Shown: in pieces, positions 28,627 to 37,390 of the stretch
How positions within the stretch are numbered: the stretch's first letter is position 1
How the letters are laid out: every line of letters begins with the position of its first letter
Position numbers and translations under genes: made by a program
Assembly (NCBI GenBank): GCA_964407215.1
Contig: CAYOUT010000006.1
Span: 87,437 to 151,436, forward strand
Origin: an uncultured Anaerolineales bacterium
GTDB lineage: Bacteria > Chloroflexota > Anaerolineae > UBA1429
Reading direction: 5' to 3'
DNA: 64,000 bases
The notes under the pieces: generated by a model
What the model was told of the DNA's origin: nothing
What the model saw: only the letters and a program-made list of their open reading frames with translations
Database searches by the model: none

Positions 28627-29640
28627 ATGGCACAGATGAGCATCGCCCAAGCGTTGCGGCAGGCGATCCGCCAGGAGATGCTGCGCGACGAGCGCGTGTT
28701 CTGCATCGGCGAGGATATCGGCGTGGAGGGCGGCTTTGGCGGCGCGTTCACCGTCACCCAAGGGCTCTCGGCCGAGTTCGGCCACGAGCGGATCCTGGAT
28801 ACGCCCATCTCGGAGATCGGCATCGCGGGCGTGGCCATCGGTGCGGCCATGGCGGGCCTGCGCCCCATCGCCGACGTGCAGTACGGCGATTTCCTCTTTT
28901 GCATGATGGACCAGCTCGCCAACCAGGCCGCCAAGATGTGCTACATGGCCAACGGCACCGTCTCGGTGCCCATGGTGATGCGCGCGCCGGTGGGCGCCAC
29001 CTCGCGCGGGGCGCAGCACGCCCAGAGCCTGGAGGCCTTTTTCACCCACATCCCGGGCCTCAAGGTGGTGGCCCCCGCCACGGCCTACGACGCCAAGGGG
29101 CTGCTGGCGGCCGCCGTGCGCGACGAGAACCCCGTCATCGTGTTCGAGCACAAGCTGCTCTACGGCGCCCAGGGGCCGCGGTCGGAGCGGGGCGCCCTGA
29201 GCCCCATCGGCGAGGTGCCCGAGGAGGACTATATCGTGCCCATCGGCCGCGGGATCGTCCGCCGCGAGGGGGCCGACGTCACCATCGTGGGCAAGCTGCT
29301 CACGCTCTACCGCGCGCTGGCCGCCGCGGAGGAGCTGGCGGCGGAGGGGATAGACGCCGAGGTGATCGATCCGCGCACGCTGGTGCCGCTGGACAAGGAG
29401 CTGATCCTGGGCTCGGTGCGCAAGACGGGCCGGCTGGTGGTGGTGGAGGAGGACAACCTCACCAACGGCTGGGCGGCCGAGATCGCCGCCATCGCCGCGG
29501 AGGAGGCGTTCGACTATCTGGACGCGCCCATCGTGCGGGTGTCGGCGCCGGATGTGCCCCCGCCCTTTGCGCCCGTGCTGGAGGCCCACTATGTGCCCAG
29601 TGTGGAGCGCGTGGTGGCCGCGGTGAGGTCGCTGTTCTAA
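28627..29640 (+). CDS. pyruvate/2-oxoacid dehydrogenase E1 component beta subunit
   Basis: Transketolase-like pyrimidine-binding and C-terminal domains (…FCIGEDIGVEGGFGGAF…, …VVAPATAYDAKGLL…). Starts 1 nt after the E1-alpha stop. Confidence 0.9.
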   Translation: MAQMSIAQALRQAIRQEMLRDERVFCIGEDIGVEGGFGGAFTVTQGLSAEFGHERILDTPISEIGIAGVAIGAAMAGLRPIADVQYGDFLFCMMDQLANQAAKMCYMANGTVSVPMVMRAPVGATSRGAQHAQSLEAFFTHIPGLKVVAPATAYDAKGLLAAAVRDENPVIVFEHKLLYGAQGPRSERGALSPIGEVPEEDYIVPIGRGIVRREGADVTIVGKLLTLYRALAAAEELAAEGIDAEVIDPRTLVPLDKELILGSVRKTGRLVVVEEDNLTNGWAAEIAAIAAEEAFDYLDAPIVRVSAPDVPPPFAPVLEAHYVPSVERVVAAVRSLF

Positions 29641-29658
29641 ACGGGGCGGGCGCGGGGG

Positions 29659-29718
29659 CCCCGCAGCCGCTCTGGCGGCCCCGCAGCCGCTCTGGCGGCC
29701 CCGCAGCCGCTCTGGCGG
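29659..29718. repeat. 3 x 20-nt perfect tandem repeat (CCCCGCAGCCGCTCTGGCGG)
   Basis: Three identical head-to-tail units between the convergent E1-beta (ends 29640) and HTH gene (ends 29724). Confidence 0.85.
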
Positions 29719-29723
29719 CCGCC

Positions 29724-30860
29724 CTACGGATCGGGGCGTAACGTGCCGGGGCGCGCCGACACGAACGTCAGCCGATACTCTGTGCCGGTGACGGCCCGCA
29801 GCGCGTCGCACACGTCGCGATAGAGGCGCTTGTCGAGCCAATCCACCGCGATGGGCGAGCGCACGGCCACCGTCAGGCTGCGCTCGTCGTGGCCGACGGG
29901 CACCGACCCCGCCAGCCAAACGTCCACCCGCTCGGCGCCCAAGCGCTGGCGCAGCTCGGCCAGCGTGTCGAGCCAGGGCTCCACCATCACCCAGTGCGGG
30001 TGGGCGCCGGGGGCCGAGCGACACTCGATGCCGAGGTCGTCGTCGTCCAGCGCGTCGGCCTCGCCGCCCCAACCCGCTTCGTCGTCGGCGCCCGCCTCGT
30101 CCCCCACGGGGCCGTGCCCCTCCGGCGGCGCGTGCTCCGCGCCGGGCGGGCGGGGGGCGGGCAGGCACGTCTCGGGCCGGCTCAGCACCGAGGCCAGCAC
30201 GCCGGCCGGTGCGCGCACCCGCCGGTTGCCCCGCAAATGGGCCCACCAGGCCGATACGACCTCGGGCGTCACCCAGGGCTGCAGCGCCAGCCTGTGGGCG
30301 ATCCCCGGAAAGACCCCCGCCTCCAGCAGCAGGCTAAAAGCAGTAGAGTGATTATCCCCATCAGTAGGAACTACAAGCTTCTTCTCTAGTAGACCCCTGC
30401 CGTCCGCTGCGGCGGCGGGCGCACCTGCGGCGGTGGGTGTGTCCGCAGCGGGCGCACCCTCGCCGTCGGTTGCGGGGGTGGGCGAGGGGCCGGCGTCGGC
30501 GGGGGGCGAGGCGGCGCTCGGCGGCGGATCGCACGGGGGGGCGCCGTCGGCTGCGGGGGTCGGCTCCTGCGCGGGCGGGAGGCCCAGGAGCACCAGCACC
30601 AGCTTGCGCCCCTCGCGGCCGGGCAGGTTGGCCACCAGCTCGCGGCGACGCAGCTCGCGCAGGTGGGCGTCTATGGCGCGCAGGCTCACGCCGCGCAACG
30701 CCGCCAGCTCGCGCCGGCTGACGGGGGGCGTGCGGCGGCCGGGCTGGCCCCAGGCCAGCGACAGGATCAACTCGTAGGTGCGATGGAGGTGGTCGGGCAG
30801 GGACCGATCACCCAACACCCGCCAGGGCAGCACGATGTAGCAGCTGGGAGAGAAGCTCAA
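29724..30860 (-). CDS. HTH (winged-helix) DNA-binding protein with Pro/Ala-rich linker and C-terminal DnaA-N-terminal-like domain; TTG start
   Basis: The ORF track frame runs 29724..30914. A consensus promoter and AAGGAGG lie inside its first 18 codons, with TTG 6 nt after the SD (…AAGGAGGtcccgtTTG), so the start is placed at 30860. N-terminal …SRRELAALRGVSLRAIDAHLRELRRRELV…. C-terminus …WLDTLAELRQRLGAERVDVWLAGSVPVGHDERSLTVAVRSPIAVDWLDKRLYRDVCDALRAVTGTEYRLTFVS matches the DnaA_N pattern (W..L..L….F..W…L.V.PN.F..DW…Y…). Confidence 0.65.
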   Translation of the reverse strand: MSFSPSCYIVLPWRVLGDRSLPDHLHRTYELILSLAWGQPGRRTPPVSRRELAALRGVSLRAIDAHLRELRRRELVANLPGREGRKLVLVLLGLPPAQEPTPAADGAPPCDPPPSAASPPADAGPSPTPATDGEGAPAADTPTAAGAPAAAADGRGLLEKKLVVPTDGDNHSTAFSLLLEAGVFPGIAHRLALQPWVTPEVVSAWWAHLRGNRRVRAPAGVLASVLSRPETCLPAPRPPGAEHAPPEGHGPVGDEAGADDEAGWGGEADALDDDDLGIECRSAPGAHPHWVMVEPWLDTLAELRQRLGAERVDVWLAGSVPVGHDERSLTVAVRSPIAVDWLDKRLYRDVCDALRAVTGTEYRLTFVSARPGTLRPDP

Positions 30861-30878
30861 ACGGGACCTCCTTGAGGG

Positions 30879-30906
30879 CTGTACTAGAACGTATGTTCTA
30901 GTACAG
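30879..30906. promoter_or_regulatory. perfect inverted repeat CTGTACTAGAAC-GTAT-GTTCTAGTACAG (candidate operator)
   Basis: 12-bp arms with a 4-bp spacer. It abuts or overlaps the -10 and TSS of the HTH gene promoter and sits directly 5' of its SD, a classic autoregulatory operator position. Confidence 0.55.
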
Positions 30907-30933
30907 CATACCACATCGGAGCGCGTCGGTCAA
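30905..30933 (-). promoter_or_regulatory. putative sigma70-type promoter (TTGACC-N17-TATGCT) of the HTH/DnaA-N-like gene
   Basis: Minus-strand reading: ccgTTGACCgacgcgctccgatgtggTATGCTgtactagaac…, with the -10 immediately followed by the palindrome. Confidence 0.45.
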
Positions 30934-31018
30934 CGGGCGCTGCGGCGTGCAGGGGTGCTGCCCGCGGCGGAATCCGGCGCGCTGCGTAAATTCCGCAAAA
31001 ACTCTGAGCGAATTGGGG

Positions 31019-31047
31019 TTGACGTAGGGCGCGACTCTTGGTATGCT
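31019..31047 (+). promoter_or_regulatory. putative sigma70-type promoter (TTGACG-N17-TATGCT) of the large surface-protein gene; about 213-nt 5' UTR
   Basis: ggggTTGACGtagggcgcgactcttggTATGCTacc with an A-rich upstream tract. The ATG at 31267 has a GAAGGAGG SD. Confidence 0.45.
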
Positions 31048-31266
31048 ACCCACATGAGCTTGCTTTAAGCGCGCACCGCAGTGTTTGCGGCCGCCCACGG
31101 CCCTTTGGCCCCCCGTAAGCTCTGTGATGCTATCGGGTGTGTTCCGTTGGAGTACGGCGGCAGCACACCGCCTCAGCTCGGGATCCCCGCTCTTCCGCGG
31201 CGGCGAACCATAGACCCGTTACCGGAATGTGCACCGCGCAACAATTCGATCGTGAAGGAGGCTACC

Positions 31267-34200
31267 ATGTCCAAACACCGTAGGGCCGCAGAGTTCACCG
31301 GGCACGGGGCGCGCTGGCTGCGCCTGCTGCTGGCCGTCGCCCTGCTGTTGTCGTTCTCTGCCGCGGGGGCGCCGAGGCCCGTCCAGGCCGATCCGGCGAG
31401 CGATCCGGGCGCGGGCGGCGCGTCGATGAGCCCGCTGGCGGATGAGGTATGCACCACCGTCCATCTGGTGGCCGTGGCCGACACGTATATGAATGGCGCA
31501 CAGAATAGCCAGACCCGGAATTACGGCAACGAGACGACGGTGAGGCAAACTGTACCTCGCAGTCAGGTTGCCTCCGAGGGGGGCCTCTACAAGTGGAACC
31601 TCTCCAGCATCCCCGCCGGCGCCAGAGTGGATTCGGCCAGTTTAACGTTCCGCGTCACCGCCGGGTCTAGCCGGGTGTTCAACCTGTACCGCGTGCGCAA
31701 GAATTGGACCGAGGGCGGGGCGACTTGGCGCACTTATAATGGAACCACCTCTTGGAGCTCCAACGGCGCCGCCGGTACCACAGGCTTCACGCCAGACCGC
31801 GACAGCACGAGCATGTGGACGGTGCAAGCCAGTGCCTTTAACGCGACCGGCGTGCAGGAGTTCACCCTGAACGCAACCGGCCGCGGCGTTCTGGAGGACT
31901 GGATCAACAACTCCAGCACCAACTACGGGGTGACGATTCAGAACTACACGTCGGTTACGGGCACGCAGTCGAGCAATTGGACAGTGCAGTCCAGAACCGG
32001 CTCGGGTGGTGGCCCCGGTGTCCCCTCCACTCCCCCCACGCTGAACGTGACCTACTGCGTTCCGGCGGAGTACGGCGTGACGCTGACGCCCGCCGCCGCT
32101 GCGCAGTCGGGCGACTCGGGCGATACGGTGACCTACACGCTGACGGTGCGCAACACCGGCGACGTCGAGGACACGTTCACCCTGGCCCTTGGCGACAGTG
32201 ATTGGGATGCGACGCTGTCGATATCGCCCCCGAGCGTGACGCTGGCTGCGAACGCGACCGCCGTTGTGCAGGTGAGCGTCGACATCCCGGCGAACGCACT
32301 GGCGGGGGCTGAAGACGAGGTGGCGGTGACGGCCACGTCACAGGGCGACACCACAAAATCGGCCAGCGCCACCCTCACAACGAGCGCAAACACGGTGTAC
32401 GGCGTGACGCTGACGGCCGACACCAATACGCAGACGGACAACATAGGCACGACGGTGGCCTACACCCTGACGGTGACCAACACCGGCAACGACGAGGACA
32501 CGTTCGACCTGGCCCTGGGCGGCGGTACGTGGACGACGACGCTGTCGGCCGCGAGCCTGACGTTGGATGCGGGCGATAGCGACACGGTGACGGTGGAGGT
32601 AGAGATCCCCGACGACGCTTGGGGCGGAACTAGCGACGCGGTGACGGTGACGGCCACGTCACAGAGCGACGGCACAAAGTCGGCCAACGTCACCCTCACG
32701 ACCGTCGTCTCCCAGTACGCCGTGATGCTGACGCCCGACTTTCATACGCTGACGGGCGACCCGGGCGGCGCGGCGGCGGTCTACAATCTGACGGTGACCA
32801 ACAACGGCAACGTCGCGGACACGTTCGAACTGGAGCTCGGCACCAGCGCGTGGGGTGCGACGCTGTCGGACGACGAAATAACGCTGGATGCGGGCGCGAG
32901 CGCCACAGTGCAGGTGAGCGTCGCTGTTCCCGCGGGTGTGGCGGGCGGCGCCACCGACTCTGTGGAAGTGACGGCCAGGTCACAGGGCAGCAGCGGGAGG
33001 GAAACGACCAGTGTCACCCTCACGACGCGCGCCAGGAAGGTGTACGGCGTGACGCTGGAGGCCGTCGAGGGCGTCGTCGAGCTGTCGGACAACCCGGGCG
33101 AGACGGTGACCTATATGCTGACGGTGACCAACACCGGCAACACCGCGGACACTTTCAAGGTCGCTGTCAGCGGGAACGTGTGGACAGTGTCGACGGCCAC
33201 AACGGTGGGGCTGGACGCCGGTGAGAGCCTCTTGCACACGGTGAAGGTGACCATCCCGGCGGGCGCGCTGGCGGGCGCCAGCGACGCCGTGACGGTAACG
33301 GTCACGTCAGACAACGATGATGACGCAACGGACAGCGTCACCCTCACCACGAGCGCCAACACGGTGTACGGCGTGGAGGTGGCGGCCGACAACAACAACC
33401 TGACGGGCGACGCGGGCGATACGATGACCTACACGCTGACGGTGACCAACACCGGCAACGCTGAGGACACGTTCACCCTGGGCTCCGAAGACGATAGGTG
33501 GCCGACGTGGGTGTCGCCCCTGAGCGTGACGTTGGATGTGGGCGCGAGTGCAGAGGTGACGGTGGAGGTAAAGATCCCCGACGACGCGCTGGGCGGCGAC
33601 AAAGACACCGTGACGGTGACGGCCATGTCACCGAGCAGTGTATCCGACAGCGTGGACCTGACCACTCGCGTCAGGACGGCGCGCGAGGTCGAGTTGACGG
33701 CCGCCGCCGCTGCGCAGTCGGGCGACCCGGGCGTGACGGTGGTCTACAATCTGACGGTGACCAACGCCGGCAACATCGTGGACACGTTCGACCTGGACCT
33801 CAGCGTCTCTACATGGACGACGTGGTGGATGATGACGCCCGCCCAAGTGACGGTGGGACCGGGTGCGACCGCCGCGGTGACGGTGAGCGTCACCATCCCG
33901 GCGGACGCGCTGGCGGGCGCCAGTGGCGCTGCGACGGTGACGGCCACGTCGCGGAGCGACGCAACGGTATCGGACAGCATCACCCTCACGACGAGCGCCA
34001 ACGCGGTGTACGGCGTGCAGGTGGAGGCCGCCGACGTCGCTCTCTCGGACTATGCGGGCGAGACCGTGTCCTATGTGGTGACGGTGACCAACCTCGGCAA
34101 CGCTGAGGACACGTTCGACCTGGATCTCAGCGGCGCCACGTGGACGACGGATCAGTCGCGCACGAGCATGGTGTTGGCGGCGGGCGCGAGCGACACGGTG

Positions 34201-34368
34201 ACGGTGGAGGTAGAGATCCCCGGCGACGCTCGGGGCGACGACAGCGATACCGTGACGCTGACGGCCACGTCACAGGGCGACGACAACATCTCCGCCGGCG
34301 TGGAACTGACCACCACGACAGAGTATTTCTGGCTCTATCTCTATATTCCGTCCGTTAGCAGGCGGTAA
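31267..34368 (+). CDS. large secreted surface protein: signal peptide + DNRLRE-like domain + 7 tandem DUF11/CARDB-like repeat domains
   Basis: Start MSKHRRAAEF…LLLAVALLLSFSAAGAPRPVQA (signal peptide) with a GAAGGAGG SD. N-terminal domain (…LSSIPAGARVDSASLTFRV…YRVRKNWTEGGATW…) resembles DNRLRE domains. Then seven ~108-aa repeats, each with a TYTLTVTNTGN..DTF.L…W..TLS…VTL.AG.S..V.V.V.IP..A..G..D.VTVTATSQ core (nt ~32071-34330). The upstream part of the track ORF (from 31081) is not used. Confidence 0.85.
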   Translation: MSKHRRAAEFTGHGARWLRLLLAVALLLSFSAAGAPRPVQADPASDPGAGGASMSPLADEVCTTVHLVAVADTYMNGAQNSQTRNYGNETTVRQTVPRSQVASEGGLYKWNLSSIPAGARVDSASLTFRVTAGSSRVFNLYRVRKNWTEGGATWRTYNGTTSWSSNGAAGTTGFTPDRDSTSMWTVQASAFNATGVQEFTLNATGRGVLEDWINNSSTNYGVTIQNYTSVTGTQSSNWTVQSRTGSGGGPGVPSTPPTLNVTYCVPAEYGVTLTPAAAAQSGDSGDTVTYTLTVRNTGDVEDTFTLALGDSDWDATLSISPPSVTLAANATAVVQVSVDIPANALAGAEDEVAVTATSQGDTTKSASATLTTSANTVYGVTLTADTNTQTDNIGTTVAYTLTVTNTGNDEDTFDLALGGGTWTTTLSAASLTLDAGDSDTVTVEVEIPDDAWGGTSDAVTVTATSQSDGTKSANVTLTTVVSQYAVMLTPDFHTLTGDPGGAAAVYNLTVTNNGNVADTFELELGTSAWGATLSDDEITLDAGASATVQVSVAVPAGVAGGATDSVEVTARSQGSSGRETTSVTLTTRARKVYGVTLEAVEGVVELSDNPGETVTYMLTVTNTGNTADTFKVAVSGNVWTVSTATTVGLDAGESLLHTVKVTIPAGALAGASDAVTVTVTSDNDDDATDSVTLTTSANTVYGVEVAADNNNLTGDAGDTMTYTLTVTNTGNAEDTFTLGSEDDRWPTWVSPLSVTLDVGASAEVTVEVKIPDDALGGDKDTVTVTAMSPSSVSDSVDLTTRVRTAREVELTAAAAAQSGDPGVTVVYNLTVTNAGNIVDTFDLDLSVSTWTTWWMMTPAQVTVGPGATAAVTVSVTIPADALAGASGAATVTATSRSDATVSDSITLTTSANAVYGVQVEAADVALSDYAGETVSYVVTVTNLGNAEDTFDLDLSGATWTTDQSRTSMVLAAGASDTVTVEVEIPGDARGDDSDTVTLTATSQGDDNISAGVELTTTTEYFWLYLYIPSVSRR

Positions 34369-34396
34369 ACGCGCCGCAGGACGGTAGGCAGCACGA

Positions 34397-34427
34397 GGGG
34401 ACGGGCATCGCCCGTCCCCTTTTTTTC
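34397..34427 (+). terminator. rho-independent terminator of the surface-protein gene
   Basis: GGGGACGGGC-atcg-GCCCGTCCCC followed by TTTTTTT. Confidence 0.65.
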
Positions 34428-34484
34428 GTCTCGTTGGGCGGCCTGTGCGCCCCCGTGCGTCGCATACGGGGGGCCGCGCCGCCC

Positions 34485-35798
34485 TCACGCGGCGGCGTAC
34501 AGCCGCTGGGCGTTGTCGCACATCACATCCCGCGCGATCTCTATCAGCGCCCCCTCGCCCAACCCCAGCGGGCGGGCGGCCTCCGTCAGGCAGCCGGCCA
34601 GGGCCTCGCGCAGGAAGCACAGCGCGCCGACGGCCATCTCCACCGAGGTGGCGTCGTGCGAGCACATCAGCTTGTGGGCGGGCACGTAGGTGAGCCACGT
34701 GGCAAAGCTCTCTCGCAGGAAGGAGGGGCTCAGGATGGGCTGCCAGCAGGCGTCGATGTAGACGTTGGGCAGGTGCTTGGCCAGCCAGCCGGCCTCCGCC
34801 ACAAAGGGCCAACAGTGCAGCTGCACAAAGGCGATGCGCGGGTAGCGCGCCGCCAGCGCCGCCAGCGGCAGCGGGTTGGATTGCGTCAGGTTGTGGGTGC
34901 CCACGTGGACCTGGAAGGGCCAGCCGCGGGCCTCGGCCTGCTCGCAGCAGGCGTGCACCACCCAATCCTGAAAGGCGCGCACGGCGGCGGGCGCCAGGTC
35001 GCCGCGATAGGCCACCTCGTCGTCGGAGTGCGGCACGAACTCTAGCGGGCGCGTGTAGGCTTGGAGCTGCTTGATGCCCAGCGCCCCTCCGTGGGCGGCC
35101 CGCTCGAACAGCGCACCGATGAGGGCGCGCCAGCCGGCGGCGTCGCGGGGGTCCTCCACCCCCAGCCCCTGCGCCAGCTCGCTGCGGCGCGAGGACTCGG
35201 GGCGCCACATATCCAGCAGCGGGTCCACGCGCAGCATCGATCGGGTGAAAGCGCGCTCCTGCGCGGCGGTCTCGGGCGTGTCCTCGTAGAGATAGAACTC
35301 GGGCTGGGCCGGGCGGATGAGCGCGGCAAAGGGGGCGCGCTGCATAACCTCAGTATACCAAGTGAAGGGGTTGGCATAGTTGGCGGCGACGGCGTCATCC
35401 AGCGCCTGGACGCGCCGGGGGTCCGCGTCCTCGTCGATATCCACGCCGTAGAGCCGGGCGATGCCGCGGCGCAGGCACTGATAGGCGCCCACCAGGCGTT
35501 GGCGGCGCAGGGCGGGGCGCAGGGCGTTCAAAGCGCCGGGCACGGAGCGCTCCACAGCGGCGCGCATATCCGCATAGCCCGCGGCTTGTGCCAGCGCGTC
35601 GGGGTCATCGCCGCCCTGGCGCATAAAGCCGCCGAAATAGGGATCGAGCAGCAGGTCGAACAGGCCGGTGCGGCGGGTGGGCAGCGCGCCCTGTACGGAA
35701 TCGGCGCGAAAGCCCTGCGGCAGCGTGCCGATGCTGTCGATGGAGCCCCAGTGTTCGTGGGCGCAGTAGCTGGGCAGAGTGTCGAGATCGAGGGACAT
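34485..35798 (-). CDS. amidohydrolase-fold TIM-barrel metal-dependent hydrolase/isomerase (uncertain; possibly uronate-isomerase-like)
   Basis: Start MSLDLDTLPSYCAHEHWG (HxH metal motif) with a GGGAGG SD. …FQVHVGTHN…, …CSHDATS…. Track ORF frame extends to 36101 but overlaps the upstream gene. Confidence 0.5.
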   Translation of the reverse strand: MSLDLDTLPSYCAHEHWGSIDSIGTLPQGFRADSVQGALPTRRTGLFDLLLDPYFGGFMRQGGDDPDALAQAAGYADMRAAVERSVPGALNALRPALRRQRLVGAYQCLRRGIARLYGVDIDEDADPRRVQALDDAVAANYANPFTWYTEVMQRAPFAALIRPAQPEFYLYEDTPETAAQERAFTRSMLRVDPLLDMWRPESSRRSELAQGLGVEDPRDAAGWRALIGALFERAAHGGALGIKQLQAYTRPLEFVPHSDDEVAYRGDLAPAAVRAFQDWVVHACCEQAEARGWPFQVHVGTHNLTQSNPLPLAALAARYPRIAFVQLHCWPFVAEAGWLAKHLPNVYIDACWQPILSPSFLRESFATWLTYVPAHKLMCSHDATSVEMAVGALCFLREALAGCLTEAARPLGLGEGALIEIARDVMCDNAQRLYAAA

Positions 35799-35833
35799 AG
35801 CATCCTCCCTATGGGCTGGCGCACGGCGCGGCG

Positions 35834-37204
35834 CTAGAGCACCGGCTCGTCCGCGGGGCGATAGTTGGATTCCAGCGAGCGCCAGGGCTCGCCGCACAGC
35901 TCGCTGATCACCGCCCACTCGCCGGCGGTGAGGTTGCCCTGGTGATGGTAGAGGAAGCGCTGCAGGCCGGCGCCTTGGGCGGCCAAGAGCAGCTGGCGGA
36001 GTTGCCCCGGCGGCATGGGGTCGCCGTCGTGCGGGTTGCGGCCGGCCTCCACCCAGGGCACCACGCGTCGGGGGTCGTCCACGGCCGCCAGGGCGCGGCA
36101 CGTCTCGTGGGCCACCACCCCCTCGAAAAAGGCGGGCGTCAGCGCGTCCTCCAGATCCTCACGGCGCGACACGCCCGGCAGCCTCAGGCCGCAGAGCGCC
36201 TCCACCACGGCCAACGCGTCGGCGTCGCTCAGGCGCGGGCTCCAGGCAGTGAGCGTCTCGACGTAACGATACACCGTGCCGAGCAGGCCGTCGAACCCCC
36301 GGTGCCAAAAGTAGTGTTTGGGCAGCAGCACGTCCACGAACTCGGCCAGGCGCGCAAAATCGTAGCCGCAGAGCGGCGCGAACGCGGCGGTGCGCGGCCC
36401 CACGGCCAGCTTCACGGGGCGATCCAGCTCGGCGTCCAACGCGTGGCGAAAGGCGCGATAGTGCTCGGTCAGCGCGTCGGCGCGAAAGCGCATCCAGGCC
36501 AGCAGGTGAGGGTCGGCGCCCAGCAGGTGGAAGGCGCCCAACAGGCCGCCGCCGGCGTGCAGCGCCACACGGGCGGGGTCCAGCTCGTGCAAGCGGCGGT
36601 GCAGGCGCTCCATGGCGGCCACCAGCTCGGCGTAATCGTAGCCCAGCTCGGAGCATCTGCTCGCCGCAGAGGGCGGCAAGTCGTGAAAAATGTACGAGCG
36701 GTGATCCATGTGGTGCGGGGCGATCTCGTACCCCCACTCGGGGCCGTCCAGCACGGCGCCATCGGCCATGGAAAAGTGGGCCAGCGTGTCCACCGCGCGC
36801 GCCAGCAACGCGTCGCGAGCGCGGGGGTCGATCAGCGGGTGGCCCGCGCCGGCGGGGACGGGGGCGCCGTGGACGGGTTGAAAGATCCACACGGCCCAGC
36901 CGCGATCCTTGGCGGCGACGAGGGCGCGCTCCAGCGCGCGGCGCAGCTCGGGGTCGGTGCGCTCGGGCGGCGGCGGGGGCTCCACGCCGTAGCGCGCATA
37001 GACGGCGGGGTTGGGGTCGAAACAGGCGCGGGGCGGCAGGCTGCCGGGGAGGGGGCGCGCGCCGGGCAGCAGTTTGGCGGCGTGAAAGCTCAACGGCCCC
37101 ACCACCAGGCCCTCGACGCCGCCGGCGGCCCAGGCGTCGTAGAGGGGCTGCACGTCGCCCAGAAGGGGATCCAGATCGCGCATAACGTCCATCCAGAGCT
37201 TCAT
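35834..37204 (-). CDS. hypothetical protein (possible glycoside-hydrolase-like TIM barrel; family unresolved)
   Basis: Start MKLWMDVMRDLDPLLG with a strong GAGGAGGTG SD. 456 aa with a globular composition. The upstream in-frame 230 codons of the track ORF are R/A-rich with no start signal. Confidence 0.55.
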   Translation of the reverse strand: MKLWMDVMRDLDPLLGDVQPLYDAWAAGGVEGLVVGPLSFHAAKLLPGARPLPGSLPPRACFDPNPAVYARYGVEPPPPPERTDPELRRALERALVAAKDRGWAVWIFQPVHGAPVPAGAGHPLIDPRARDALLARAVDTLAHFSMADGAVLDGPEWGYEIAPHHMDHRSYIFHDLPPSAASRCSELGYDYAELVAAMERLHRRLHELDPARVALHAGGGLLGAFHLLGADPHLLAWMRFRADALTEHYRAFRHALDAELDRPVKLAVGPRTAAFAPLCGYDFARLAEFVDVLLPKHYFWHRGFDGLLGTVYRYVETLTAWSPRLSDADALAVVEALCGLRLPGVSRREDLEDALTPAFFEGVVAHETCRALAAVDDPRRVVPWVEAGRNPHDGDPMPPGQLRQLLLAAQGAGLQRFLYHHQGNLTAGEWAVISELCGEPWRSLESNYRPADEPVL

Positions 37205-37390
37205 AGCACCTCCTCGGTGAGCGCGGATCGTGGGCCACATGATGGCGCGGGGCGTGTGCGGTGTCAAGGCGCGCGGGGGGGCGTCGCTTGTGCCCGGCGC
37301 CCCACGTGTGCCATAATCCGCGTGCCAGAGCATCGCGGCCACATCCCAGCCGGGTAGGTCTGTGTAGTGTGAGCATTCAGGAGGTGTGTG

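Noticed and set aside
30341-30400. Low-GC 60-nt patch inside the HTH/DnaA_N-like gene, considered as an insertion or separate element
   Set aside because: It stays in frame and encodes a sensible hydrophilic segment (…LLEKKLVVPTDGDNHSTAFSLLLEAG…). There are no repeats or flanking duplications, so it is treated as compositional variation, perhaps a linker of foreign origin.
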